From Zancudomyces culisetae HAW-14-8 (Eukaryota > Fungi > Kickxellomycota): a stretch of 64,000 nucleotides of DNA. Of this stretch, positions 26,479-38,519 are shown in pieces. The stretch is from the NCBI GenBank assembly GCA_052426225.1, contig JBNJNM010000006.1, positions 620,001 through 684,000 on the forward strand, given 5' to 3'. Position 1 is the first letter of the stretch; every line of letters begins with the position of its first letter. Under the pieces are notes generated by a model. It was not told the origin of the DNA. It did no database searches and saw nothing but the letters and a program-made list of their open reading frames with translations. Both the position numbers and the translations under genes were made by a program.

Positions 26479-27795
26479 CTTCAATTTTTAAGGGTGTTTT
26501 TTTTTTCCAAAGTATAAAAAGCTATGTTGTAAAAGAAAAAAAAAAATGAACTACACGAGTAAGTAGTAATTCGAATGATTGTGGAAGGGAGAGGGGTCTG
26601 GGATGCGCCTATTTATATGTATCACCTATCTTTTCTTCTTTTCTTTTTGGGTATAACTGGTTGTATTAGTATATAACATGCTAAAAGAAACCCCCCCCCC
26701 CCCCCCGCTGCATGGTAATGCCGTTTTTCATCGCCAAATGAAACTCTAAACCTTAGACTATAGCTTGTTTTAGAGGTATGGTTTTTGTCATCAGCGATCC
26801 AGAAAATAGCATTTCTGAAAATCACAAATGCGGTATATGTGCATGGATATATTAATGTATTAATGTCTCATACTCTACGGGCTATTTTAAGCACATTATA
26901 TGGGCTTATAAGTTTTATTTTTTTGAACCTAGAATGTTGCATTGTTTTGTTACATCCACTGCTTTTATCAACCAGATATTATCGCTTTTTAAAAGCTTTT
27001 AACCATTTGTTTTTACGGGGGAATAGAGATAAAAATAAAAATCCAAAACAATTTTCGCGAGGTGGGGGGGGGGAGGGAGTTAAATATGGAAATACTCTGC
27101 TTGTAAACAACACACATACGCACACACCATTTAATACATCTCTTAATGACTGCCGAGTACATAAAAATAACCCTTATGATATTATCGTTCATTTTTACTA
27201 CCTTTTTTTGGGTTACGAAAAAAAAAAAGTGAATTGAAGTTATTTTGTTTCCGAAAGAACAGACAAGGAACAAAAAAATAAAACGCCATTGTTATCAATT
27301 CAACACACCATTCGGGCAACACATGATGCTGAAAAGCTTATGTAACCACATTATAACCATAATGCATTGTCCTTTGTTTTTTCTTTTGCACACTTTGTTT
27401 GATTCTGTTGAAGCATATCATTCATAACCAAGCATCATGTATATAAAAAAAACCACTCCGATAATATATAGTTGGGTAGTCATATTGGGGCGCAACGGTT
27501 GGGTTTAATCATTAGCATTGTACAACCGAGTGTAAGAGGGGGAGGGGGAAGGGGTTAAGATGCAATATGGAAATTGTATATAATGTTAATGTGTCTATTA
27601 TGCCTGTGCTTTATTTTTTTTTCCAGGAAACTTAAGTATAGTCAAAGATAGGTCCTCGAAAATGAGAACCATTAATTAGTTTTAAAAATATATAATGTAG
27701 TTTAAAGGTAAGAACAAACCAAGCCAAAGGTATAAATATAAATATGAAAATAAGTATTAAAATGAAAATAAAATTGAGAAACGAGGTGTGTGAAG

Positions 27796-30700
27796 TTAAG
27801 AGTCGATGAGAGCAGCATAGTCCTCATAACTAGCAAGCATAGGTAGTTTAGAATCAGACTTTGTTTTTCTCTTTTTGTTAGAAGAAGTGCCCTTGGTTGA
27901 AGGAGATGGGCGTTTTTTGGACTCGAATAATAGACCCATATCGTCGTCATCATCATCTCCATGAAGTTCATCATCATCATCTTGATCCTCACCAAGCTCA
28001 TCCTCACCAAGTTCATCGTCATCAAGTTCATCTTCATCGTCATCCATGGAACCAGAAGAACCTTGAGAGGATAAATCGTCATTATCTGGTTTAAGAGAGT
28101 TCTTGGTAGAGGATAATAAAGCGTCGAAGTCTTGATCATCACCGAGACCCACGACTGAATCATCATCATCATCATCATCATCATCCAAACCATCGTTATC
28201 ATCACCAGAACCATGTTCAATATTGTCATCTGATCCAAAATCGGCATCCAAGTCGTCATCCAAGTCATCATCCAGGTCATCATCTAAATCGTCATCTAAA
28301 TCGACATCGGCATCAGAGTCATCAAGATCAGGTTGAATACTATCCAACCAAGCGTCGTTTTCATCGCTATCGTTTGCGTAGTCAAGGTCATCATCGTCCT
28401 TGGAAGTAGATGACTTTGAAGATTTTAGAGAGTTGAAGCGATCCATAAATGAGAGATCGGGTTGAGGATAACGGTTAGTATTGACCAATATGTTGGCGGC
28501 ATTTCTGTCCCAAACAATTTCCGAATCATTTCGAGAAGGCTGCATAGCTGAAATTCCACGTAGCTTGATGGAATCTTTGGGTTTTCGGTACACAAAGCGG
28601 TCAAGGAAATGAGATAGAGAGTGAATGTGTAGATTCACAGAGCTTGAAATGGGTTCACCAGCAAGCAGTTGACGGGCATATGTTTTGACGGTAGGGTGGT
28701 AGTTATGGAGAGTTAGCAGGGTTTCGTGGTATGAAGCGGATTTGGCATTGGAATAGCGGGGATCACGTTTGGAAGGATCATAGGTGGTGAAGTTTTTTGA
28801 AGAGTCGGTTTTCCATAGAGTAAGAATTTCAGGGGTTTTCATAGACACTTGAGAAATGAGATACAAGAGACCACATACAAAGGGAGTGCTTTGGTATAGA
28901 ATGATTTGGAATATTCGCTTTACGAATGCAGCCAGCCGGTCAATGTCTGAATCAGCCTGCATAGCCTTTAGTAGTAGATTTAAATAAAGAGCCTTTTTAG
29001 AGCTGGATTCAATTCGGTAATCCAAAAGAGTTGAATATAACGACGAATAAAAGCGATCCTTGCTAGAAATCCCATTAACAATGGTCAGTTGGTATAAGAA
29101 CATCATTGTTTGGATAACAACGTTAAAGTTGGAAGAATGGGATGCTCTATATAGAGTTTGAATGTAATTTTCCCATTTTTGTTCCTCTAAATCGCTGAAT
29201 GGTAGGGCTCGATTCAAACCTGTTAAAATCGCTGCAACCATTTTGTTTTCCAACGATCTGTTTTCAAGCTCGTTTTTCTTATTTGCCTCTTCCTTAGACT
29301 TGATATGTGCGTTTCTACCAATATATGCCTTTTTGTTAGATGTTTTGGGTTTACTATTGGCTTTTTCCTGGTTGTCACCATCAGCCTGTTGATCTCCTGT
29401 ACCAAATTCGGCATTATTGTATACCAGTGTGTGGAAGAAATCAAGGTACACACGGATCAACTCATTTGCAGCCTTACTATCGCCCTTTGATATAACTATC
29501 TGGTTAAGTGTTACCATGCAATAATATTGTGCCTTTTCCAAACTTGGTTTACGCTTACTGAGTATCATTTCTTGAATGCACTTGATGACTATGGTTTTCA
29601 TTAGTGGATGCTTATTCAAAAGTCTCAGTAACAAAAAGGAAGCCTTGCTTGCTACTTTGCGGTCTTTATCTCCAAGCTTGGTAACCAAAAGCCGTAACAG
29701 GTTCTGTTCCTGCTCAGGCTTGTTCTCCAACAACTCTGAAATACTCACCAACATGCTCTGTTTTGTGTATTCCAAGTTGTCGTACAACATTTCCTCCATT
29801 ATTTTTACCATTTCGAAATACACCTTTTTCATCTTATCTTCAAAGATCCACAGTACGAGCTGCCTATCTGGAACATTTTCAGATGTTATTTCACGATCTA
29901 CAAAATATTTTAACCTTCTATTAGGCAAAATATCGGTTATCATCAGATCCTTCAAACTTGAAAGCGCTATAATCGCCTCTCGTCGATGTTTTTTCCGTGC
30001 CATTGCCATCAGTTGATTAAGCTTATCCATATTGTGAATTGGACTCTCTTGTACCAACAAAGTTAGAGCCGAGAGTTTATCAGTCAATGTTCCTGATTTC
30101 AATATAGAGCTAACGAATTCCATATCGTCCGCATTCTTCTTGCCCTTCTCTCTTTGTTTACGATACTTTTCACTCTCCTCATCCAACAACCACTGTGCCT
30201 TTTCCAACAATCTTTCAACTGCTTCTTCCGATAGCTTTGTATCCCCACTATCTGCATTGCTTTTGTTTTGTATTTCATACCATTTTTTCCCTGGCTCAAC
30301 CAACAACTTGTCCTTTGCTGCTTTTAGGTCGATGTTTCTTTTTGCGTGTTGTTTTTCGGAAATTACCTTACTCGCCCGTCCATCATCATCAAATAAAATC
30401 TTTTTTGGTTTGTTGGTCTCTGGTTTTGTTTTTAGTTTTTCGTCTATCGACATATCCTTGGATCCCAAATCCTCCTGCTTGTTTGCTACATTTGTGTTTT
30501 GAAGTTTGTCACCAGTCTTTTTTGCACTTGTATTTGTTGTTTGTGCACTATCCTGTTTGTCAGTTGTCTTGTTTTCCTTTTCCTTTTCCTTTTCTTTGTT
30601 CTTAGATCTGTCTTTGATAGTTTCTTTTCGAGATTTGAGTTTTACTTTGCTAGTATCCACGACTCTGCTTTTTTCTAGATCCTTCAAACCAATTGTCTCG

Positions 30701-30834
30701 ACGAATTGCTCGATACTCTTCTTCAAATCCTTTGGTTCCTTTTCGCCACCATTTTCGGTTCCTGTTTTTTGGCTTTTGGCACCGTTTTTGTGAGTATTTT
30801 TTTGTTGTCTTGCCCTTTCGGTTTTTGCTGGCAT
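27796..30834 (-). CDS. MAK21: Ribosome biogenesis protein Mak21/Noc1 (CEBPZ family)
   Basis: SGTLTDKLSALTLLVQESP, KPEQEQNLL.LLV.KLGD, YDPSKRDP.YSNA, FLDRFVYRKPK, an acidic tail and LPMLASYEDYA. Confidence 0.95.
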   Translation of the reverse strand: MPAKTERARQQKNTHKNGAKSQKTGTENGGEKEPKDLKKSIEQFVETIGLKDLEKSRVVDTSKVKLKSRKETIKDRSKNKEKEKEKENKTTDKQDSAQTTNTSAKKTGDKLQNTNVANKQEDLGSKDMSIDEKLKTKPETNKPKKILFDDDGRASKVISEKQHAKRNIDLKAAKDKLLVEPGKKWYEIQNKSNADSGDTKLSEEAVERLLEKAQWLLDEESEKYRKQREKGKKNADDMEFVSSILKSGTLTDKLSALTLLVQESPIHNMDKLNQLMAMARKKHRREAIIALSSLKDLMITDILPNRRLKYFVDREITSENVPDRQLVLWIFEDKMKKVYFEMVKIMEEMLYDNLEYTKQSMLVSISELLENKPEQEQNLLRLLVTKLGDKDRKVASKASFLLLRLLNKHPLMKTIVIKCIQEMILSKRKPSLEKAQYYCMVTLNQIVISKGDSKAANELIRVYLDFFHTLVYNNAEFGTGDQQADGDNQEKANSKPKTSNKKAYIGRNAHIKSKEEANKKNELENRSLENKMVAAILTGLNRALPFSDLEEQKWENYIQTLYRASHSSNFNVVIQTMMFLYQLTIVNGISSKDRFYSSLYSTLLDYRIESSSKKALYLNLLLKAMQADSDIDRLAAFVKRIFQIILYQSTPFVCGLLYLISQVSMKTPEILTLWKTDSSKNFTTYDPSKRDPRYSNAKSASYHETLLTLHNYHPTVKTYARQLLAGEPISSSVNLHIHSLSHFLDRFVYRKPKDSIKLRGISAMQPSRNDSEIVWDRNAANILVNTNRYPQPDLSFMDRFNSLKSSKSSTSKDDDDLDYANDSDENDAWLDSIQPDLDDSDADVDLDDDLDDDLDDDLDDDLDADFGSDDNIEHGSGDDNDGLDDDDDDDDDSVVGLGDDQDFDALLSSTKNSLKPDNDDLSSQGSSGSMDDDEDELDDDELGEDELGEDQDDDDELHGDDDDDDMGLLFESKKRPSPSTKGTSSNKKRKTKSDSKLPMLASYEDYAALIDS

Positions 30835-31073
30835 ATTAGATTAGGTATTACTTGTTTGGATTATGTTCTAGCCCTTGTTTCTTTTTCTTTTTTCTTATAT
30901 TTTTAATAATATTTACAGTAAAAGTGTAATGTTGTATATCTATAGTTCTATAGTATAGCCTGAATTTTTGAGAGTATTAAGACTTGGGCTGATATTATGT
31001 CCAAGAAACTATATATTATTGCTACTATTATTTATATGTTGGATTACTTTTTTTTTTTTACAATTCCTCATAT

Positions 31074-31207
31074 AAAAAAATTTTTTTTTTAGTGTGGCCA
31101 AAGTTCGATTCAATAAATTCTGGCGGAACAAAGCAAGAAAATCTAAGAGAATCACCTAGAAATACACTGGTATTGATCAAGAAATAAAGAAAAAAAATTT
31201 TTTTTTT
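31074..31207. promoter_or_regulatory. Two A-tract/T-tract (RRPE-like AAAATTTT) elements in the MAK21-RSM10 divergent promoter
   Basis: a7t10 at 31074-31090 and ga8t10 at 31189-31207. Confidence 0.35.
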
Positions 31208-31850
31208 CCATAACATTTAAAATCGAGTTTTCCAGCAACAAATTGCTAAAAGAAAAAAAAGTGTGGAATACCCAAACCCAGTGTAGAAATCCACATAGGC
31301 TGAGCATCCAGGCTGGCGGTCACGTTTGAGAGCCAAGTATTGTTTTGCAATCATACATCTGGGTAATATTGAGTATATGCGTATCTTAACGCTATAGCAA
31401 CTAGCATAATTAAGCTAATACACGACCAACATTCGCACAACCTGACAATAGTTTTCCAACTGTTCACTTTTCTCCTCCTCCCTCTTTTTTTCTTTTATTA
31501 AATATTTATCTATATGCAAACATAATGAACATCCTGGTATTTATTCATCTCCAAAATACTGCTATATTGAAGTGAGAAAAAACGGGATACCAGATGTCCA
31601 AATAATGCTATAAAAGCTGGGTTAATCTCCTCAATTTTTGGCACTTTGAACTTGGAAAATATAAAACTGGCCTGCTCCATTTCCATTTGCTTCCACTAAC
31701 ACCATTGATTTCCAAAATTTTTTTTTTGTGTACTTTTTTATTATCTCTGGAAATCAAAAATCGGCCATAAACTCTGCAACATTATTTATTTTAGTACATC
31801 AAAATTTAGATATATCAGTTGTGGGTTTATTAGAGTGTAGATTTATAGCC

Positions 31851-33109
31851 ATGGCTTACCGACTAAAAACTCCCCTAATCGGACTGTTGAGGAACAACAC
31901 CATATTTCAGGTGAGATTTCAGAACTTTTAAAGTTTTCCACATTGAATGATTTTGGCTATACTGGGATCTATTGCAGAAACTGAATTTACATTTACTATT
32001 TATTATATGAATCAAAATACAAAAAAGGTGTAAACATGGTTCTGCAAGGGGAATTTTATACATATTCAGAGCGAATGCCCTAAATTTTACTAATCGCAAT
32101 CCTAAACTTTGCTAGGCCCCGAAAATGATCGGAAACTCGAAAAATGTGTCGTTACCATTATTTGCATTGTATCAATCTACCAGGTAGAGAATCCATCTAC
32201 AATTTCTTCATGAATATCATTTCTATAATATTCTTGTTGTTGGTTTTCCGTTTTTTTTTATGAAACCTGTTGCTGGAAAATGATAGTTTATTAATTTCAA
32301 ACAACATCTTTGTAGATCATACCGCTCAATTCTTGAAAAGGCACTTGGTCAAAAAACATTTGAACAAGAGGATATGATCTCGATGGACCAGATTGACGAA
32401 GTATATGCACGTAAGCTACTTTTTTAAATATATTTTTCCACAATTTGATATTAGCCAATATTTATCAAAAACACCAAACACTTCAAACTCGGAATCCGAA
32501 AAAATTCTAGCCATATGACTAAAAAATCCCCCCTCTTTTTCTTATAAATTAGAGCCAAAAAAGATTGAACCAACCCACCGTATCCCGATATGCCAAGTTC
32601 AATTCCAGGCATACAGTCTCCATCGTATTGACTTTTACATGGATTTTTGTCGCAGAGCAGCCCACAGCATGAATTTACCATGCACAGGAACAATTCGCTT
32701 GCCAGTACACATTAAACGATGGACCGTCTTGAAATCACCATTTGTTCACAAAGCAGCCATGGAAGTATTTGAGCGTAGGACACATAAAAGACTGCTACAG
32801 ATATACGATGCTGATTTGGAAGTAGCCAAAAAGTGGATCGAGTACATAGAAACTAACATTCCTGGAGGTATTGGAATGAAGTCAAGAATTTTTGAATACG
32901 AAAGCCTAGACTTTTTAGATAGCTTTAAGGTCAGCCAAAGCGAAATTGAGAATGGTACTCAAATCAAGGCCACTAGCTCGCCTGATGCACATCAAGTTAA
33001 GGCAATGGCTGATTTGGTGGTGAAGAAGTTGAGTGAAAACCCGAAACTGTCTATAGATAAAGTTACCAAAGATGTTATTGAACAGTTTAGATCCACACCC
33101 AAGAAATAA
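31851..33109 (+). CDS. RSM10: Mitochondrial ribosomal protein uS10m; exons 31851-31910, 32116-32183, 32316-32410, 32553-33109
   Basis: uS10 motif RLPVHIKRWTVLKSPFVHKAAMEVFERRTHKRLLQI. The upstream exons give a presequence-like N-terminus and splice in frame. Confidence 0.88.
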
Positions 33110-33670
33110 TTCTATTGTTTTTGTTTTTTTGTTTTTTAGTATCTTTTTTTTTTCTTACATATTTCTCTTTTGCTTGTTTAATTGTGCTGTCATTTTTTCT
33201 TTGTTGATTTAAATGTTATATTTAATATCAGTTTATAATTTACCAGAAGGAAACTCGGTCCAGGGTAAGGGTTACATCGAACCCAAGCATATCTTGCCAT
33301 GCATATGACGCGTAAGGCTTCACACACCCCCATCCACTCATAATTTTCTTCAGGTTGCAGTTTGCAGTTTGCCCAGCTTGTACTTATTCAATAGGTTTTT
33401 TGGATCCAAGGATGCCTGATAGTATGTCTGTGCATATGTTTTTGACTTTAGGGTGAAAATGTTGAAACCTAGCGCCACTTTATCATGATGGTTCATGTGC
33501 AGATTCTATAACTTTTAAAGGTTAATAGGGTCTTAGTGTATTTCTGCTTTGATTTGTTACTATCACTATGATGTTGAAGAAATGTTTATGAAAACAACAA
33601 TTAAAATTAAAATGGCGATGGAGAAGTTGTGCGTGTCTAGCCTCAAGCTGTTTAAATAAAATTAAAATAC

Positions 33671-33720
33671 ATTGCGCTGTAATGTACTGTAATGCACTGT
33701 AATATACTGCAATGTGCTGT
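33671..33720. repeat. Degenerate tandem decamer (AATGYRCTGT-like) x5
   Basis: attgcgctgt aatgtactgt aatgcactgt aatatactgc aatgtgctgt. Confidence 0.75.
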
Positions 33721-34943
33721 TCTCTTGGTCATTTTTTTCAAGGTTGCGTCCAACACTAACTTTTTTTACGCTTAAAAAAAATATTAGAAGCTCACTGCTT
33801 TGTTACAACTTTGTATATAGCGCGCATTTATTTAATATTGGTTGATAACTATTTGGCTATGAACTTCAAACAGTACAAGTCATAAATGCAGGTATAAAAA
33901 AAAATCATGCCAAATATAAATACATACTAAACCGCAAATATGATTAATTATTCCAGCCACGGCTCCAGTTTGTTTGTTTTTATGTGTATATATTTACTCT
34001 TTCTCTTAGAGCTATAATCTTCTCCTCCCCTCCTTTCCACAACAATAACATCTTCAGGTCATACATACATGGAATGCTGGTACCTTTTTCTTTTAGGACA
34101 GATAATTATGCTATATTTATAAATGGCTTTTCATAAATACACCATATTTGCGATGTCCTGAAAAATAAGTATCAGGAAAGCGAGCAAATGATGTCCTTGT
34201 CTTATTATTTTGTATCCAATCTGAAGATTTGGCCTTGCACATAGCGATTGGTCAAAGCTGAAATGAAAGTTCCGCATTTCGGTTTAACTCGGAAAATGCC
34301 TGGGAACTAGTTGATTGGAGGATTTTGATTGTCATGTGCCAGTTTCAGCAAAGTAAGCAAAATCACAGTAAATCATTGTTTACCTAGTAACCAACATTTG
34401 GGTATTCAAGTTGAACTTCATGCAAATAATCGAGACTGAGGGAATAAAAAGCATATAGTACAGTTTAGCAACTAGGGATAATCCAGATTAGTTGATATAT
34501 ATTCTTAGTTTCAAGAACTAGAGGAACATCAGTGAATGGAACCTGTAGAGCTTGGTTAGAAAATTATAAAAGCGAAATAGAATAGTATATTAAATTGTTA
34601 TAACAAAAACCAAGGTGATTAGTGTATTAATATATAAAAATATACAAATACACATTTCAAGAATTTATCAACCTCAACATTTCCACAGTGCGCGAATAGC
34701 AAAATATGTATTTGAATAAGAGAAATGGTAATTACTCCAGGGCTTTGTAAAAAATATTTATAAGGAATCGGATAAAAAGCGAGAAATAAGGAGGAAACCC
34801 GGAAAATACGGATATATTTAACGGAAAAACATAAAAAAATTATAATCATTTTTTGAGGAGAAGAAAGGAGAATTGTATGAAAATTAGCATTGGTAGAAAG
34901 CAAAATACATAAATACATACAACAATCACAAATAATCTAAATA

Positions 34944-37900
34944 ATGAGGGTAAAGCTGAAGATCGGTATAATAGCCGTTGTTTCAACGGTGCTATTCTTG
35001 ACACAATCCAGTTTACAGGTGCTTGGAATGACGACGTCCAAAAGGCTCCACTTGAGAGATGCGGCAAAGGAAATGTTTAATCATGGATACAACGGATATT
35101 TGAAATATGCGTTTCCCTTTGACGAATTAAAGCCATTGAGCTGTACTGGACGAGGGCGAGATCGAATCCATCATGAATACCGACCAGAGAACGATGTTTT
35201 GGGCGATTTTTGTTTGACTCTTGTAGATACTATGGACACATTAGCAATAATGAGAGATAAGATAGGATTTGCAGATGCGGTGCAAAAAGCAATTAGATAT
35301 ATACCAGATTTTGATTTGGACAGCAATGTACAAGTATTCGAAACGACAATACGGATCCTAGGCGGGCTACTAAGTGCCCATTTAATTGCAACTGACGAAG
35401 AAGATATGTTGGGAGTTAATTTAACAAAGCTAGATAATCGGATAGTAGATCCAGATGGGGAAAAATGGGTGTATAAAGGAGAGTTATTGGGGCTTGCTCG
35501 AGAACTTGGGTGGAGGCTACTCCCAGCATTTGAGGCAAGTACGAATGGGTTTCCATACGCAAGAGTAAACCTGAGATACGGGCATTATTTGAGAGAAACC
35601 TCGGATACATGTACAGCGGGAGCAGGGACCCTGTTGCTTGAGTTTGGGGTACTGAGTAGGTTAACTAATGAGACAATATTTGAAAGTGTTGCAGAGCAGG
35701 CAATAAAACAAATATGGTTTCATCGATCAAAACTTGGGCTGGTGGGGAATTCAATAAACATTTCGGAAAGCAGATGGAACGATAAATTTGCAGGAATTTC
35801 GGCGGGAATAGATTCATTTTATGAGTATTTACACAAGGCATCTGCATATTTGGGCAATAAAAGCATGGAAAACATATTTAATTCGGCATACCAATCACTG
35901 GTTTATTATCTAAGGGATACAGTTGGTGGATATGTATTTTTGAATGTACATATGCAGACAGGGGATTTGATGGGGTGGTTTATTGATTCATTGTCTGCAT
36001 TTTTTCCGGGGCTGATGGTTCAGCTAGGAGATGTTTCCGGCGCCGAAAGAAGCTACATGCTATATTATCATATATGGAGAAGATATAGAGCGATGCCAGA
36101 GAGGTTTAATTTGCTTTTAAAGCAAGTGGATATATCCTTTTATCCATTGCGCCCGGAGTTTGTGGAAAGCACATACTTTTTGTACACAGCAACCAAAGAT
36201 CCATTTTATTTAGAGGTGGGTGAGATGATAATGCACGACATAAACTCGACAATGCGGACAAGTTGTGGATTTGGATCTATAAGTGACTTGCATGGGAGAG
36301 ACCCGACCAAGCGAGATATTGGAGATCGAATGGAGAGTTTTGCCCTGAGTGAGACATTCAAGTATTTATACTTGCTTTTTGATCAAAACAATCCAATAAA
36401 TAGGTCTGATAAGAATGCGGTATTTACAACTGAGGCACACTACTTTCCACCGCTTTCTTCCAAAGAAAGGAGTCCCATGCAATATCCACCATCAAGTAGT
36501 TTTGCAACTAGACAGATAATTCATGAGGATCGCCCTCCTAGAGGTCTGGCAGGCAGGAAAATGGAATTTCCTCGGCTGAAGGCGCGTGTAAGTATTGAGG
36601 ATACGGTTGTTTATTTCAATTCTACTGAAGTTTCGTTACATAGAACACGAAAATATGTAAAAGACATGGAAGTGTATCCCAGGATAACTGAGAATAAAGA
36701 GTACTTGGAGGATCAGCAGCTAGCGGATACTTGCCAATGGCCGCGCTGCGGTGATGCTAGAATGAGTCGAATTTCAGTATTGGATCTTTTTCACTATTAT
36801 AGGACTGGAAGTGCTGAGGGGACGAGACTAACGGACGCACAGGTTGCGTGTTTGGGATCGCTTGACTATGTAACGTCCCTGCCACTGCGAAAAGACTTTG
36901 ATTTGGTTAAATTATTGGTATGGCCAACAGCAGAAGTCAGTGGAGAGAAGAATAGTGGGGTGGGTAAGATAGAATGGGTGGTGGAAGGAGGGATAGTTCC
37001 ATTCAGCGAAAGAAATCGAGTGGAGTTGGGGATGGTGTTTGGGCTACAATGCTCTGCCCCAGGAGTGCATGATATTCCCAAAATAGCTACAAAGCCAATA
37101 CCTAAAGAGGTTATTAAATCACAATTGGAACAGGCTATGGAGCGGACAAAGAGCTTGGCAAACGTGTGGGCCGAACCAAACATTGTACGTTTTCCAGTTG
37201 TGCCCCACCTTTTGATGCGTAGCGATGGCCACTTGTTTACTAAATATCAGCAGCGTTTGTTTGGACAGCTTACCAGACAAGGCATTCGCCACCAACTTGA
37301 CTTGAATCTCACTGATTTTTCCAAGCTCTCAGATAGCACCCTTCCAATTTCGCCAGAATTTATGTACAGCATTAAGCAGAATACGTCTATATCTTTCACC
37401 AACGGAGCTTTGCCCCTAGTTACTGACTTGACATATATTCGGCTGTGTGTTGAAATATCCAACCCAGCGTCTTTGTCGTCTCTGGGTGTCAAAATTCGCG
37501 AAGATCAACGGGCCTTGCATTTAAACAGCGGTGCTTCGTTGCCTAAATTTGATGTGTGCAAAGAGTACATAGGTCGATTAGCGCGGTTTTCTATGCGACA
37601 TACGCTATACACCTCGCTCAAAGTGGTTGATGATCAGACCCAGATAGTCATTCCACATTTTCTTGCTGGTAGAACATCGTTAATATTTGGGTGTGAGCAT
37701 TATACACCAAGAGAAGTTTCAGAAATCAAAGACAAAATAGTGATGGTAGTAAAAGGTGGTGGTTGCTCGTTATATGATAAGGTTGTCTTTGCTCAAGAAG
37801 CGGGTGCCAAAGCTATTTTAATTAGTGACGATTCTGATGTTGACTTGGAGCCTACAACAGATTCAGAATCTGGCTACGTAGACCCTGAGGTTGATAGTAG

Positions 37901-38519
37901 TGTGGAGTCTTCTGGCAGCATGGCAAAATTAGTTTCAGACAAGTATCGATATGGTGGGTTGCTCAGCATTGATTTTCCTTCGTTATTAGAGAGTAGAAGC
38001 AAAAAACCTGTGTTAAATTTGGGTTTTCAATTAAACTCCGAGTTTAACCAAGACTTGTACGAAGAAGGTGAGCCGAAAAAAGACGAAAAACCTCTTGAAA
38101 AAAACATATCTGATATGGTTCATGATGAATATGAATCTGAAGAAAATATTGATGCTTTTAAAGCTGGGTTTCAAAGTGATGACAAAAAAAAGGACAGACA
38201 CTCGGAATCAGAGAACCTTAATGTTCATAAGAACCCAGAGGGTGCTCCTGGAAACAAGTTTTTATATTCACCTGATAAGAAAGCTGCTGTTAACAATGAA
38301 AGTGTTAAAGAGCAGAGTGAAAAAGACACACCTGCCCCACCAAGCAAAAAACCTGATTCATCTTCATCTTCATCACACACATCCTTATCTAATCGTAGGT
38401 TGAAGAACAAGATAGACCATCAACAACTTATCCCGTCGGTTTACGTGTACAAAGAGTTTTTCGAGTTGGTGGCGAAACACATTTCCAATAGAAATATTGT
38501 AAAGGCCAGTATTGTATGA
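34944..38519 (+). CDS. MNL1: ER degradation-enhancing alpha-1,2-mannosidase-like protein (GH47, EDEM/Mnl1) with C-terminal PA domain
   Basis: Signal peptide; MFNHGYNGYLKYAFPFDELKPLSC, VQVFETTIRILGGLLSAH, AGIDSFYEYL, YPLRPEFVESTY, MESFALSETFKYLYLLF and FTTEAH; PA-like GGCSLYDKVVFAQEAGAKAILI. Confidence 0.92.
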   Translation: MRVKLKIGIIAVVSTVLFLTQSSLQVLGMTTSKRLHLRDAAKEMFNHGYNGYLKYAFPFDELKPLSCTGRGRDRIHHEYRPENDVLGDFCLTLVDTMDTLAIMRDKIGFADAVQKAIRYIPDFDLDSNVQVFETTIRILGGLLSAHLIATDEEDMLGVNLTKLDNRIVDPDGEKWVYKGELLGLARELGWRLLPAFEASTNGFPYARVNLRYGHYLRETSDTCTAGAGTLLLEFGVLSRLTNETIFESVAEQAIKQIWFHRSKLGLVGNSINISESRWNDKFAGISAGIDSFYEYLHKASAYLGNKSMENIFNSAYQSLVYYLRDTVGGYVFLNVHMQTGDLMGWFIDSLSAFFPGLMVQLGDVSGAERSYMLYYHIWRRYRAMPERFNLLLKQVDISFYPLRPEFVESTYFLYTATKDPFYLEVGEMIMHDINSTMRTSCGFGSISDLHGRDPTKRDIGDRMESFALSETFKYLYLLFDQNNPINRSDKNAVFTTEAHYFPPLSSKERSPMQYPPSSSFATRQIIHEDRPPRGLAGRKMEFPRLKARVSIEDTVVYFNSTEVSLHRTRKYVKDMEVYPRITENKEYLEDQQLADTCQWPRCGDARMSRISVLDLFHYYRTGSAEGTRLTDAQVACLGSLDYVTSLPLRKDFDLVKLLVWPTAEVSGEKNSGVGKIEWVVEGGIVPFSERNRVELGMVFGLQCSAPGVHDIPKIATKPIPKEVIKSQLEQAMERTKSLANVWAEPNIVRFPVVPHLLMRSDGHLFTKYQQRLFGQLTRQGIRHQLDLNLTDFSKLSDSTLPISPEFMYSIKQNTSISFTNGALPLVTDLTYIRLCVEISNPASLSSLGVKIREDQRALHLNSGASLPKFDVCKEYIGRLARFSMRHTLYTSLKVVDDQTQIVIPHFLAGRTSLIFGCEHYTPREVSEIKDKIVMVVKGGGCSLYDKVVFAQEAGAKAILISDDSDVDLEPTTDSESGYVDPEVDSSVESSGSMAKLVSDKYRYGGLLSIDFPSLLESRSKKPVLNLGFQLNSEFNQDLYEEGEPKKDEKPLEKNISDMVHDEYESEENIDAFKAGFQSDDKKKDRHSESENLNVHKNPEGAPGNKFLYSPDKKAAVNNESVKEQSEKDTPAPPSKKPDSSSSSSHTSLSNRRLKNKIDHQQLIPSVYVYKEFFELVAKHISNRNIVKASIV

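Noticed and set aside
27702-28283. Met-rich 193-aa minus-strand ORF
   Set aside because: An alternative frame of the GAT-repeat acidic tail of MAK21.
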